A DNA stretch of 64,000 nucleotides from a virus (IMGVR_UViG_3300024513_000016:32001-96000), one strand, 5' to 3'; counted from the first letter of the stretch, positions 48,299 to 56,966 are shown. Numbers and translations: made by a program. Notes: generated by a model from the letters alone, not told the origin.

Positions 48299-48502
48299 CT
48301 AGTGAGATTTTTTAGTAGTATTTTTCCTTTTACATGCATCTCTTGCCCAAGCACGAGAAAGACTATTCACATACGAACAGGATGTATTATCTTTCCCACA
48401 ATATGGACATTTAGAATCTGGTGGATCTGAAAGATATCCTTCAGGTGTATACATCCTTTTCTTCTTTTGATTCTCTGCTTGTTTTTTCTTTCTGTGATTC
48501 AT
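48299..48502 (-). CDS. Small Cys-rich protein
   Basis: CPYCG...C...C. Confidence 0.6.
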   Translation of the reverse strand: MNHRKKKQAENQKKKRMYTPEGYLSDPPDSKCPYCGKDNTSCSYVNSLSRAWARDACKRKNTTKKSH

Positions 48503-48816
48503 ATAATCACAGGTTCCCCTTGACCTTCGGGAAGTTTGATCTGAGATAATTGCCTTCCAAATGCCATAGATTCTTCTATTTCCAGAGATCCACCAAAACC
48601 ACTAGTCTTGTTTACTACAATTTCTGTTGTTGGAAGTGCTTTTGGAATTTCAATATCAATAACATCACTCATCAACATTTTATTTACTCTATACTCACGA
48701 TTTTGTGGATCCATGGAGATCAACATCCTTGCATCTTCCCTAGTACCACAATCTGCAATTTTTTTTCCAGTTCTTTTGTGAAATACTGAAAAATACTCTT
48801 CGTTATACTTTTTCAT
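48499..48816 (-). CDS. Hypothetical protein
   Basis: 105 aa, KKIADCG motif, coupled stop/start. Confidence 0.65.
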   Translation of the reverse strand: MKKYNEEYFSVFHKRTGKKIADCGTREDARMLISMDPQNREYRVNKMLMSDVIDIEIPKALPTTEIVVNKTSGFGGSLEIEESMAFGRQLSQIKLPEGQGEPVII

Positions 48817-48925
48817 TTTTTAAAATCTTTTGATTACTATAGGTTTTTATGGGAATCCTGTAAAGTCCAGGCCAAGTATCACGGATAATTTCTGAAAGTT
48901 TATTCGGTGTAGTAGATGATATCAT
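48803..48925 (-). CDS. Small hypothetical protein (40 aa)
   Basis: MISSTTPNKLSEIIRDTWPGLYR...; ATGA overlap with the upstream gene. Confidence 0.6.
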   Translation of the reverse strand: MISSTTPNKLSEIIRDTWPGLYRIPIKTYSNQKILKNEKV

Positions 48926-49476
48926 ACTAATATAAAATTAGACTTACGTTGTTGAGATAATAGCATTAGAATTTTAGGATCTTTTGCACTCTTTTTTACA
49001 GATTCATAATAATCATAATATCCATTATGGAGAATAATTGCATCTTTCAATGATCCAGTTTGGTTTTGCAAACGTCGAAGTTTACTTGACAATAACCAAA
49101 CTGTTACTTCATCGTCATCCAATAGTTCTTTTTTTGGAGGAAGTCCTTGTATTACCAATTCATTTATCCCCAATTGTGCAACTCCAAAAGTTTTTAAATC
49201 TACTGGTTTGCGGTGAATAATCTCTTCATAAAGAATTGCAGAAATTACATTTTCTGGAATATTAAATTGTTTACTAGAAACTTTAATGTATGGAATTAGA
49301 GTTTCTAGTTTCCTATAAGCAAATTCTCTAGTCACAGGGACATTTGATACAACCTTACTAATCACTGTTGGAGTGATTGTTCGGTCTTTTACTCCATAAT
49401 TACTAAGAGTTTTATTTTGACTCTTAATTGGAATAAAAGAAAAAATTATAATACTCAATAAAAAAAGTCTTTTCAT
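48922..49476 (-). CDS. Secreted/anchored protein, possible lysozyme-like (SLT) fold
   Basis: Signal-like N-terminus; ISAILYEE...FGVAQL...AIILHNG pattern. Confidence 0.5.
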   Translation of the reverse strand: MKRLFLLSIIIFSFIPIKSQNKTLSNYGVKDRTITPTVISKVVSNVPVTREFAYRKLETLIPYIKVSSKQFNIPENVISAILYEEIIHRKPVDLKTFGVAQLGINELVIQGLPPKKELLDDDEVTVWLLSSKLRRLQNQTGSLKDAIILHNGYYDYYESVKKSAKDPKILMLLSQQRKSNFILV

Positions 49477-49547
49477 AAATCTTGAAGTATGGACAGTATG
49501 AACATAAAAATTCCGAAGAGTTGAAATAGGACTAAGATGAGTAACAT
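49473..49547 (-). CDS. 24-aa single-TM peptide
   Basis: MLLILVLFQLFGIFMFILSILQDL; ATGA-coupled to the next gene. Confidence 0.5.
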   Translation of the reverse strand: MLLILVLFQLFGIFMFILSILQDL

Positions 49548-49573
49548 TTTAATCTTTTACTAGTAATTTGAAT

Positions 49574-50608
49574 TTATCTAACGTGATGTCCACCGAACAT
49601 ATATCTCATACCATTAAGGATTTTAGATCCGAATGAACCGAGATTTCGAGAGTTAAATCTTTCAAATAGTGCCGTGGTAATAACAGGAGCAGGAACTCCA
49701 AGATCGACAGCAGCAGAAACAGTCCAACGTCCCTCACCACTATCAGATACCCCACCAGAGAACTTTTTAAGATCACCATCCTTGCGTAGTACATCCGCAG
49801 TAAGATCAAGTAACCAAGAACCAACTACACTACCACGACGCCATAATTCAGCAACCTCTGCAACATTGATATCATAACAGTAACTTTCAGGATCTGCCAT
49901 AGGTGCAACTTCAGCATCACCTTCTTTAATGTATTGAGATCCATTATTTGCATTCTTGAGAATATTGAATCCTTCGGCATATGCCTGCATCATTCCATAT
50001 TCAATACCATTATGCACCATCTTCACAAAATGACCTGCACCAGGTCCACCACAATGCAACCAACCATATTCTGCAGAAGTTAGATCAGATGTTGGATCTG
50101 TTCTATGGCAGGAGTGAATGTCTGGGGAGAGTGCAGAGAATATTTTTGAACAAGTGGAGACCGCAGTATTTCCACCACCAACCATAAGACAGTATCCACG
50201 ATCCAAACCGTAAACACCACCGCTAGTACCACAATCAATATATTGGATGCCCAGTTTTGCCAGACGTTCTGCTCTTTTCCGACTGTCTTTAAAATTGCTA
50301 TTGCCATGATCAATAATAATATCTCCTTCACTACAATATCGTAGTAACTCATTGATCGTCTCCTCTACAGTTTCAGCAGGCACAACCATCATAAAAATTC
50401 CTGGTTGAGTTTCACCCTTTTTATTTTGTTTAACTACTTTAACAAGGTTTTCAATATCATCTACAATTCCATTAACATATCCTTTTTCAAATGCTTCTTG
50501 TGCTTTTTCATAATTCCTACGATAACCCCAGACTTCGATATCTGCTTTCATCATACGACGGGACATTCCTTCCCCCATCCGACCAAGACCAATTAATCCT
50601 ACTTTCAT
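49574..50608 (-). CDS. gnd: 6-phosphogluconate dehydrogenase
   Basis: GLIGLGRMG, IIDHGNS, DCGTSGG, GAGHFVKMVHNGIEYG, DSGEGRW, FGGH. Confidence 0.97.
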   Translation of the reverse strand: MKVGLIGLGRMGEGMSRRMMKADIEVWGYRRNYEKAQEAFEKGYVNGIVDDIENLVKVVKQNKKGETQPGIFMMVVPAETVEETINELLRYCSEGDIIIDHGNSNFKDSRKRAERLAKLGIQYIDCGTSGGVYGLDRGYCLMVGGGNTAVSTCSKIFSALSPDIHSCHRTDPTSDLTSAEYGWLHCGGPGAGHFVKMVHNGIEYGMMQAYAEGFNILKNANNGSQYIKEGDAEVAPMADPESYCYDINVAEVAELWRRGSVVGSWLLDLTADVLRKDGDLKKFSGGVSDSGEGRWTVSAAVDLGVPAPVITTALFERFNSRNLGSFGSKILNGMRYMFGGHHVR

Positions 50609-50815
50609 TTAATCCTCCCAAGTTTCGTATTGTTCTTTAAAATAAGCATCAACTTTTTTTAAATCGTCTAAATGAATATTACAAACATAATCATTCTCAT
50701 CGCACCATTCTAATGCAAATGCATGTATTCTTTCATCACTTTTTGTTTTATTAACACCATAAATTCTAGAGAAAGATGACATTACAAAATGCCAACATTG
50801 ATGTTTCTCTTTCAT
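50609..50815 (-). CDS. Hypothetical protein
   Basis: 68 aa between talC and gnd, WHFVMSSFSRIYG. Confidence 0.7.
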   Translation of the reverse strand: MKEKHQCWHFVMSSFSRIYGVNKTKSDERIHAFALEWCDENDYVCNIHLDDLKKVDAYFKEQYETWED

Positions 50816-50824
50816 TTTTCCTTT

Positions 50825-51484
50825 TTACTTTTTACTTTTAAGAACTTTTTCCCAATCATTCTGGAAAAGTTCCAGACCCTTATCAGTCATAATGTTCTTA
50901 TACATTCCCCAGAATACAACTGGTGGAATAGTAACTACATCAGCACCAGAAAGAGCAGATTGTTCTACTTGCCTTACGTCACGAAGAGATGCAGCAAGGA
51001 TTTGTGTTGATGTACCTGAATAATCAAATGCATTACGAATATTTTTAATCAACTCAATCCCATCAATTGAATTATCCATCCAACGACCTACGAAAGGTGA
51101 GATGAATGTTGCCCCTGCTTTAGACGCAAGAATTGCCTGAGCAACTGAGAATACTAATGTTACGTTAGTTTGAATTCCCTTATCAGAAAGGAATTTACAA
51201 GCTTTAAGACCCTCTACTGTGCAAGGAACTTTAATTGTAACTGCAGGTGCAATTGTGTAATATTTTTGTGCCTCAGAAAGCATTTCTTCTGCAGTATCTG
51301 CGACAACTTCTGCGGAAATGCTCTGTAAGTTTGAAAAGTCTGTTGCAATCTCGTGGATGACCTGTAAAAGTTGTCTTCCACTTTTAAGAATTAATGATGG
51401 ATTTGTGGTAACACCATCTAATAATCCTGTTTCATATGCAGGTTTAATTAAGGAAACATCTGCAGTATCTAAAAATATCTTCAT
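50825..51484 (-). CDS. talC: Transaldolase (TalC/FSA family)
   Basis: IFLDTAD, GVTTNPSL, TIKVP, NVTLVFS, SPFVGR, LAASLR. Confidence 0.97.
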   Translation of the reverse strand: MKIFLDTADVSLIKPAYETGLLDGVTTNPSLILKSGRQLLQVIHEIATDFSNLQSISAEVVADTAEEMLSEAQKYYTIAPAVTIKVPCTVEGLKACKFLSDKGIQTNVTLVFSVAQAILASKAGATFISPFVGRWMDNSIDGIELIKNIRNAFDYSGTSTQILAASLRDVRQVEQSALSGADVVTIPPVVFWGMYKNIMTDKGLELFQNDWEKVLKSKK

Positions 51485-51559
51485 AAAAAAAGAAAGAACT
51501 TATAACTAATTATAATAAATTTTATCTAGGTTTTTATGAATTGTTATGAATTAAATATA

Positions 51560-52120
51560 TTACAATCTTTTTAGATTTTCTACTAACAATTCCAGTTCTT
51601 GTAGAGATGCGTCGTTTTTAAGTGTGTTTGCTCTATTACTGATGACCCATACATTGCCTTTTATGTATCCCTTTTCTGGAATGATTTTATCCAATGAAGG
51701 ACTATTTGGATGATATCCTTTCTTTGGTTGTATCTCAATAGGAATACCAAGCAAAGGGCAAGTTTCTGGAATGACTATATCAGTAAGTTCAAGATTAAAT
51801 GGAATATTATTTTGTTTTGCCCTACTCTTTGCTCTTGTTAACATCCTATATTCAACTGACTTTGATACTGCGTTTGGGTCAAATCTTTTTTTATTTGTCT
51901 CAACAGATCTTTCAGTTCTTAAACATCCACAAGATTGAGTTTTACCACTCAATAAACACTCCCTTCTTGTAGATTTGGTTTTACCACCACAAGAACAAGA
52001 ACACTCACATAAAATATATTTTGGACCAGAACGATATTCATTTTCAACAGTCAATCTTCCAAAAGTTTTTCCAATTAAACCACCACACGGAATTGATTTT
52101 TTATTTAAAGTCATACTCAT
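51560..52120 (-). mobile_element. HNH-type homing endonuclease
   Basis: GKTFGRLTV...CSCG...QSCGC...CPLLG...SLDKIIPEKGYIKGNVWVISNRAN. Confidence 0.8.
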
Positions 52121-52135
52121 TAACTACTCTATTAT

Positions 52136-52171
52136 TATTTATATAATACCATAGTTAGGGTCATAAGTCAA
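52136..52171 (-). promoter_or_regulatory. Overlapping sigma70-type and late promoters for the endonuclease
   Basis: TTGACT-17 bp-TATTAT, plus TATAAATA at 52136-52143. Confidence 0.7.
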
Positions 52172-52172
52172 T

Positions 52173-52195
52173 AAAAAAGACCCCGAAGGGTCTTT
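52173..52195 (-). terminator. psbD terminator
   Basis: AAAGACCC-TTCG-GGGTCTTT followed by TTT. Confidence 0.9.
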
Positions 52196-52222
52196 GCGTT
52201 TCCGCAGGGTATTATATTTTTA

Positions 52223-53284
52223 TCACAAGGCATTGCCTCGTGGTAATACCTCTTCGGGTAGCACAAAATTTTCATGTGGTTGGTCTACTGGAGCCATCCA
52301 GGCACGCAAGCCTTCGTTTAATAATATATTTTTTGTGTAAAATGTCTCAAATTCGGGATCTTCAGCAGCACGAATCTCCTGAGAGACAAAATCGTAAGCA
52401 CGAAGGTTAAGGGCAAGACCAATAATACCGATACTGGAGGTCCAGAGACCCATAACAGGCACAAACAACATAAAGAAATGAAGCCAACGCTTGTTACTAA
52501 AAGCAATACCAAAAATCTGAGACCAGAATCTATTAGCAGTGACCATCGAGTAGGTCTCTTCTTCCTGTGTAGGTTCAAATGCTTTGAATGTATTTGATTG
52601 ATCACTGTCTTCATAAAGTGTATTTTCTACTGTTGCTCCATGAATTGCACAGAGCAGTGCTCCACCAAGAATACCAGCAACTCCCATCATATGGAAAGGG
52701 TTGAGGGTCCAGTTATGGAAACCTTGAAGGAACAAAAGGAACCTGAAGATTGCTGCCACCCCAAATGATGGAGCAAAGAACCAACTGGATTGACCCAGTG
52801 GGTACATCAGAAACACAGAAACGAATACTGCAATAGGACCAGAGAATGCGATTGCATTATAAGGACGGATACCCACTAGACGGGAAATCTCAAACTGACG
52901 AAGCATGAAACCGATCAGACTAAAGGCCCCGTGGAGTGCCACAAAAGTCCAGAGTCCCCCAAGTTGGAACCACCTGACGATATCCCCTTGAGCCTCAGGA
53001 CCCCAAAGTAGAAGAAGAGAATGACCCATAGAATCTGCAGGCGTTGACACAGCTGCTGTTAGCACATTACAACCTTCTAAAAAACTTGAAGCAATACCGT
53101 GTGTATACCACGATGTCGTAAATGTAATGCCAGTCAACCAACCACCAAGAGCAAGATAGGCACAAGGTATAAAAAGTAATCCAGACCATCCAATAAACAC
53201 AAACCTATCTCGTTTCAACCAATCATCAACTAGGTCAAATAAACCTCGTCGTTGATTTTGTAAAGAAATTGTAGATGAAACCAT
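52223..53284 (-). CDS. psbD: Photosystem II D2 protein
   Basis: [16 protein letters not shown]...[15 protein letters not shown]...[10 protein letters not shown]; start MVSST after SD GGAGG; no intron. Confidence 0.99.
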   Translation of the reverse strand: MVSSTISLQNQRRGLFDLVDDWLKRDRFVFIGWSGLLFIPCAYLALGGWLTGITFTTSWYTHGIASSFLEGCNVLTAAVSTPADSMGHSLLLLWGPEAQGDIVRWFQLGGLWTFVALHGAFSLIGFMLRQFEISRLVGIRPYNAIAFSGPIAVFVSVFLMYPLGQSSWFFAPSFGVAAIFRFLLFLQGFHNWTLNPFHMMGVAGILGGALLCAIHGATVENTLYEDSDQSNTFKAFEPTQEEETYSMVTANRFWSQIFGIAFSNKRWLHFFMLFVPVMGLWTSSIGIIGLALNLRAYDFVSQEIRAAEDPEFETFYTKNILLNEGLRAWMAPVDQPHENFVLPEEVLPRGNAL

Positions 53285-53307
53285 CAAACCTCCGTAATGA
53301 TTTGTAA

Positions 53308-53341
53308 TATTTATTTTATCACTTCTTAACAAAAGGGGCAA
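53308..53341 (-). promoter_or_regulatory. psbD promoter (sigma70-type plus late-type motif)
   Basis: TTGCCC-17 bp-TAAAAT overlapping AATAAATA. Confidence 0.65.
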
Positions 53342-53350
53342 TAGAGATTT

Positions 53351-53989
53351 CTACTTACTCTTCTTTTTCATAGGAGTATCTGGGTCAAGTCCTCTTTCTA
53401 TTCTATATTGTCTCCATCTTTCCTTTGCTCTTTCACTACATTTATTTTTACCTTCTTCTGTTTTAGGTCCTTGGACTTCTGGTTTTTTTCTATTTCCTTC
53501 ATCCCAAGATTTCTTACAACCTTCACTTAATTTTTTCTTATGTTCTTCTGTTTTTGGAGCATAAGAAGCACCAGGAATAAATGTCCCTTCTTGGAACTTT
53601 CTTTTTAGAGTTTCACTTCTTTTCTTATTACTTTCTTCTGTTTGAGGAACACCAGTTTTTGTTTTCCTCATCTTTTCAACTGCTTCTGGTTTTTTAGGTT
53701 TTCCTAAATGAAGCAATCTTAATTTTTCCTTACTTTCTTCACTCATAGGTCCTCTATTTTCTCTTCCCCTTTCTTGTCCCAACTTCATAAGAAGAGAAAT
53801 AACTTCTTCTTTACCTATCATACCAGATAGACCCATCCAAGCAATTCTATCCTCCTCCTTTCCATATTGTTCCCACAATTTTTTATGTGCCTCTGCGTGT
53901 TCCTCAATAGTCATTTCAACAAGATTAGAAGGGTCATCAGTTCCTCCCATATGTCTTGGAATAATATGATGCTTGTGAGTAAGGGTCAT
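53351..53989 (-). mobile_element. HNH homing endonuclease with NUMOD3 repeats
   Basis: HKHHIIPRHMGGTDDPSNLV...EHAEAH; SEESKEKL, TEESNKKRS, TEEHKKKLS. Confidence 0.85.
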
Positions 53990-54011
53990 ATCAAGTATGT
54001 TTAACTAATAC

Positions 54012-54019
54012 TATTTATA
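54012..54019 (-). promoter_or_regulatory. T4-type late promoter
   Basis: TATAAATA about 22 nt upstream of the HNH gene. Confidence 0.75.
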
Positions 54020-54064
54020 CCAGTAGGTATACTAACAGGTATAAATGTTAAGAAATGCTGATAC

Positions 54065-54088
54065 AAAAAAGAGACCTTCACAGGTCTC
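54065..54088 (-). terminator. Terminator ending the early-region transcripts
   Basis: GAGACC-TGTGAA-GGTCTC-TTTTTT. Confidence 0.85.
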
Positions 54089-54096
54089 CTCTTTAC

Positions 54097-54303
54097 TCAT
54101 TTTCTAAAAAGTCGTTCAAGTTTTTCTTTGTTCTTGAAGAGTTCATAAGATTTGATTTGCTCTCCATAATACTTGCTGATATGCCTACACAAATCTTCTT
54201 CTTGTTTAGTAATATCCAGATTATGTTTGTCTTTCAAGATAAGGATAGTTTCAATATCTTTGAGAGTACTATATGGAATATTCAAAAATTCTTCGTAAGT
54301 CAT
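54097..54303 (-). CDS. Hypothetical protein
   Basis: 68 aa, ATGA-coupled. Confidence 0.65.
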   Translation of the reverse strand: MTYEEFLNIPYSTLKDIETILILKDKHNLDITKQEEDLCRHISKYYGEQIKSYELFKNKEKLERLFRK

Positions 54304-54446
54304 TTTCTAATCACAGCAATTACTTTACGGTTTGGATACTTCTCTACAATTATATCACGAGCACTCTCATAATCAATAGCATCCTTTACGGTTTCATAAT
54401 ACACAGTTTTATCTGCGTCATCCCAAGTTTGAACTTCGTAAGTCAT
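54300..54446 (-). CDS. 48-aa protein, copy 1
   Basis: MTYEVQTWDDADK...KVIAVIRK; near-identical copy at 63617-63763. Confidence 0.75.
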   Translation of the reverse strand: MTYEVQTWDDADKTVYYETVKDAIDYESARDIIVEKYPNRKVIAVIRK

Positions 54447-54466
54447 TTCTTCTCCCAAAAAGGGTT

Positions 54467-54652
54467 TCATTTCAATCCACTCACACAAATGGAACAAAGA
54501 CAATCATCAGTTTTAGGAACTCTAAACATAATGTGATTTCCAGAGCAACAATCTCTATCACCACATTTCATACAATTATCACAAACCCACTCTTTTTGAT
54601 TACGACATTTGACGAAATCTTCAAGAGTATAGTTTTGAAGAAGATTAGTCAT
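54467..54652 (-). CDS. Small Cys-rich protein
   Basis: 61 aa with multiple CxxC; first gene after promoter cassette 1. Confidence 0.65.
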   Translation of the reverse strand: MTNLLQNYTLEDFVKCRNQKEWVCDNCMKCGDRDCCSGNHIMFRVPKTDDCLCSICVSGLK

Positions 54653-54667
54653 TTCAGGTGTCTGTGT

Positions 54668-54734
54668 GTATAAGAGTATTATAGGGCATCCAGAGGCACC
54701 CAGAGCATCCCCTGTGCCAGTTCTTCAAGTGTCC
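54668..54734 (-). promoter_or_regulatory. Early stem-loop promoter cassette, copy 1
   Basis: GACAC-N6-AACTGGCACA-N29-TATAAT-ACTCTTATAC. Confidence 0.85.
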
Positions 54735-54896
54735 TCAATAATTGTCGAAGCAACCATCATCATAAGCCTTATCATAGATTTCTTGGGCAAACTTCACAAA
54801 GGCATCAAAGTTTCCAGAATACTCCCAACCATCATTCTCATCCCAATCTTCTTCAAAGTGTTCTTTTACAAGTTTTAGGATTTGTTCTTCACTCAT
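54735..54896 (-). CDS. 53-aa protein (EEQI...KFAQEIY family)
   Basis: Manual translation MSEEQILKLVKEHF...FVKFAQEIYDKAYDDGCFDNY. Confidence 0.7.
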   Translation of the reverse strand: MSEEQILKLVKEHFEEDWDENDGWEYSGNFDAFVKFAQEIYDKAYDDGCFDNY

Positions 54897-55027
54897 AGTG
54901 CCTCCAAATCTCCATTAATAATGTCTTTGACAATATTATACTTGATTTTATCAATTTCTTCATCCACCCACTTCTTTGTATTCTCATTCAAATTTTTGAG
55001 TGAGGTTTCCCATTCTTCGTCAGTCAT
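54893..55027 (-). CDS. 44-aa protein
   Basis: MTDEEWETSL...KDIINGDLEAL; coupled on both sides. Confidence 0.65.
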   Translation of the reverse strand: MTDEEWETSLKNLNENTKKWVDEEIDKIKYNIVKDIINGDLEAL

Positions 55028-55191
55028 CGTTCAGCAACCACGATAAAGTCATTCATAGAAATACTCCTCTTACTTTTAGCAAGAATACCTTGATTTGGAA
55101 AATAAGGAACTGCTACAAGATTATAGAATGGTCTCAACTGCTCATAGAGAGTATAAAGGTGTCCGTCTTTCTTGTATCGGTAGAGTTTCAT
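55024..55191 (-). CDS. 55-aa protein
   Basis: MKLYRYKKDGHLYTLYE...; coupled on both sides. Confidence 0.65.
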   Translation of the reverse strand: MKLYRYKKDGHLYTLYEQLRPFYNLVAVPYFPNQGILAKSKRSISMNDFIVVAER

Positions 55192-55358
55192 AGTGCCTCC
55201 AATTCATCAGCAAGTTCAAGAATGTTCTTTTCAGTAATACCGATATACTTGAGTTCTTCTACAACTTTACGAAGAGCAGCAGCAACTCCATCTTTTGGAA
55301 AGTTGTAAGTATCCTCTGCTTCGTATGCTCTCATAATCTTTTTTGCTCGTTCAGTCAT
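55188..55358 (-). CDS. 56-aa protein (AAALR...LADELEAL family)
   Basis: MTERAKKIMRAY...VAAALRKVVEEL...LELADELEAL. Confidence 0.7.
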   Translation of the reverse strand: MTERAKKIMRAYEAEDTYNFPKDGVAAALRKVVEELKYIGITEKNILELADELEAL

Positions 55359-55561
55359 AGTGCCTCCAATTCGTTAGCAAGTTCATAAAGTGCTTTTTTC
55401 TCAACTACAGTTACATCATTATTAGGCATAAAGATTGTGTATGATAATTCATCCGCAATTACACGAATAGCAGCAGCAAGTGCTTCTTTCATATCATCTG
55501 TGGGTTCTACAATCAATTCTGCTTTGAATGTTTCCCAGATTTGGTATGCGGTATTAGTCAT
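55355..55561 (-). CDS. Small protein (AAALR...LADELEAL family)
   Basis: MTNTAYQIW...LAAAIRVIADEL...YELANELEAL. Confidence 0.7.
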   Translation of the reverse strand: MTNTAYQIWETFKAELIVEPTDDMKEALAAAIRVIADELSYTIFMPNNDVTVVEKKALYELANELEAL

Positions 55562-55764
55562 TGTGGTTCTCCAAAAAGTCCAGTGTATCCAGTGGAATAA
55601 GATGTTTCGTAGCAACCATCATCATAACCCATTTGATAGATTTTTTGGGCAAACTTCAAGAGGTCTTCTTCATCACATTCCCAGTAAATGTCGTGTGTTG
55701 TTTTACTTATGTGCCTATCAAACCCATAGGTGTTAGCAAGTTTGATGATTTCTTCATTATTCAT
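55558..55764 (-). CDS. Small protein (EEQI...KFAQEIY family)
   Basis: Paralog of 63760-63972 and 54735-54896. Confidence 0.7.
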   Translation of the reverse strand: MNNEEIIKLANTYGFDRHISKTTHDIYWECDEEDLLKFAQKIYQMGYDDGCYETSYSTGYTGLFGEPQ

Positions 55765-55973
55765 CAGGCATCCTCCAAACGAATGTACTTTTCAAATAAT
55801 CCTCTCATATCATAAAAATACGATTTACCTCTCTCAAGAACAAAAGCATCATAATCTTCTTGGGTTGGTTCATCTTCCATTTCCATATCCTTCCAACACT
55901 CCAAGAAATCTTCAACAGACATATGATATTCCAGAGGAATGTATGCTACTTTGGGAGTGATTGTGGTAGTCAT
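55764..55973 (-). CDS. Hypothetical acidic protein
   Basis: 69 aa, coupled. Confidence 0.65.
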   Translation of the reverse strand: MTTTITPKVAYIPLEYHMSVEDFLECWKDMEMEDEPTQEDYDAFVLERGKSYFYDMRGLFEKYIRLEDA

Positions 55974-55974
55974 T

Positions 55975-56148
55975 TCAGTTCTGGTGATTTTTCAGGAAGA
56001 TTTTGATACAATTCATAACATCTTCAAGAGTAGGAGCACTACCCTCATAATAGAAATCTTGGTTGATTACATCAGTCACTTTGAGAGTGAAATGAAAATC
56101 TCCATCAGAAGAATACTGCTGAATGTTGATGTAGGTTTCGTAGTCCAT
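55975..56148 (-). CDS. 57-aa protein
   Basis: MDYETYINIQQY...IFLKNHQN; first gene after promoter cassette 2. Confidence 0.65.
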   Translation of the reverse strand: MDYETYINIQQYSSDGDFHFTLKVTDVINQDFYYEGSAPTLEDVMNCIKIFLKNHQN

Positions 56149-56160
56149 CGGTTTGGTTGC

Positions 56161-56227
56161 TTATGAGAGTATTATAGACCAGTAGGAGACCTTATGGGGT
56201 CTCCTTGTGCCAGTTCAAAAGGTGTCC
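56161..56227 (-). promoter_or_regulatory. Early stem-loop promoter cassette, copy 2
   Basis: GACAC-N6-AACTGGCACA-[AGGAGACC-CCATAA-GGTCTCCT, N29]-TATAAT-ACTCTCATA. Confidence 0.85.
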
Positions 56228-56733
56228 TTCTCAAACTTCTCCTTGAGTTTCAGGTAGAGTTCATATTCTTCTTTGTTTTCTTTATATTTCTTCAGTTCTT
56301 CTTCAAGTTCTTTAACCTTTTGAGAAAGTGAAGTATTATCTTGAGATTCTTCTTTCTTCTCCAGAATGGTTCCAGTTACATCAGCAAACTCAAGATCGGC
56401 ACCGTTAAGATTGGCACCCTGAAGATTGACACCCCAAAGATAGGCACTCCGAAGATTGGCATCCCGAAGATTGACACCCTCAAGATAGGCACTCCGAAGA
56501 TTGGCACCCACAAGATTGGCACCCTCAAGATAGGCACTCCGAAGATTGGCACCCACAAGATTGGCACCCTCAAGATCGGCACCGTTAAGATTGGCACCCA
56601 CAAGATTGGCACCCTCAAGATCGGCACCGTTAAGATTGGCACCCTGAAGATTGACACCCTCAAGATAGGCACTCCGAAGATTGGCACCCTGAAGATTGGC
56701 ACTAGGTTTGATTTCGTAACCGTTGACTTTCAT
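56215..56733 (-). CDS. Pentapeptide repeat protein
   Basis: About 20 A(N/D/Y)Lxx repeats followed by a coiled coil; start MKVNGY downstream of promoter cassette 3. Confidence 0.9.
   Translation of the reverse strand: MKVNGYEIKPSANLQGANLRSAYLEGVNLQGANLNGADLEGANLVGANLNGADLEGANLVGANLRSAYLEGANLVGANLRSAYLEGVNLRDANLRSAYLWGVNLQGANLNGADLEFADVTGTILEKKEESQDNTSLSQKVKELEEELKKYKENKEEYELYLKLKEKFEKDTF
56385..56702. repeat. 15-bp tandem repeats with 45-bp higher-order units
   Basis: AAGATTGGCACCC../AAGATAGGCACTCCG units encoding the pentapeptides. Confidence 0.9.
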
Positions 56734-56747
56734 TGGAGTTTCTTTGT

Positions 56748-56814
56748 GTATGAGACTATTATAAGGCATCACAGGGGCATTTGGAGTGTCCCTGTGCCAG
56801 TTCTTCAAGTGTCC
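56748..56814 (-). promoter_or_regulatory. Early stem-loop promoter cassette, copy 3
   Basis: GACAC-N6-AACTGGCACA-N29-TATAAT-AGTCTCATAC. Confidence 0.85.
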
Positions 56815-56966
56815 TCAACATACCAATACTCCTCACAACATTTTACATAATCACTTTGAAGATAATGGAAGAACTCCCCATCATCGTGGGTCATAGTATA
56901 ACACCATTCCTCATAAATTTCACCGCACCAATACCACCCAGATTGGAGTTTATCAAAGACATTCAT
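56805..56966 (-). CDS. 53-aa aromatic/acidic protein
   Basis: MNVFDKLQSGWYWCGEIYEEWCYTM...; stop lies inside the promoter cassette. Confidence 0.6.
   Translation of the reverse strand: MNVFDKLQSGWYWCGEIYEEWCYTMTHDDGEFFHYLQSDYVKCCEEYWYVEDT

Noticed and set aside
53285-53341. N-terminal extensions in the supplied ORF calls for psbD, g32, g48, cp12 and the pentapeptide gene
   Set aside because: The extensions overlap promoters or upstream genes; downstream ATGs fit the SD position and known N-termini.
56341-56850. Long alternative-frame ORFs (KIGT and VPIL repeats) and a CRISPR-like look
   Set aside because: By-products of the 15-bp pentapeptide coding repeat; no unique spacers and no cas genes.
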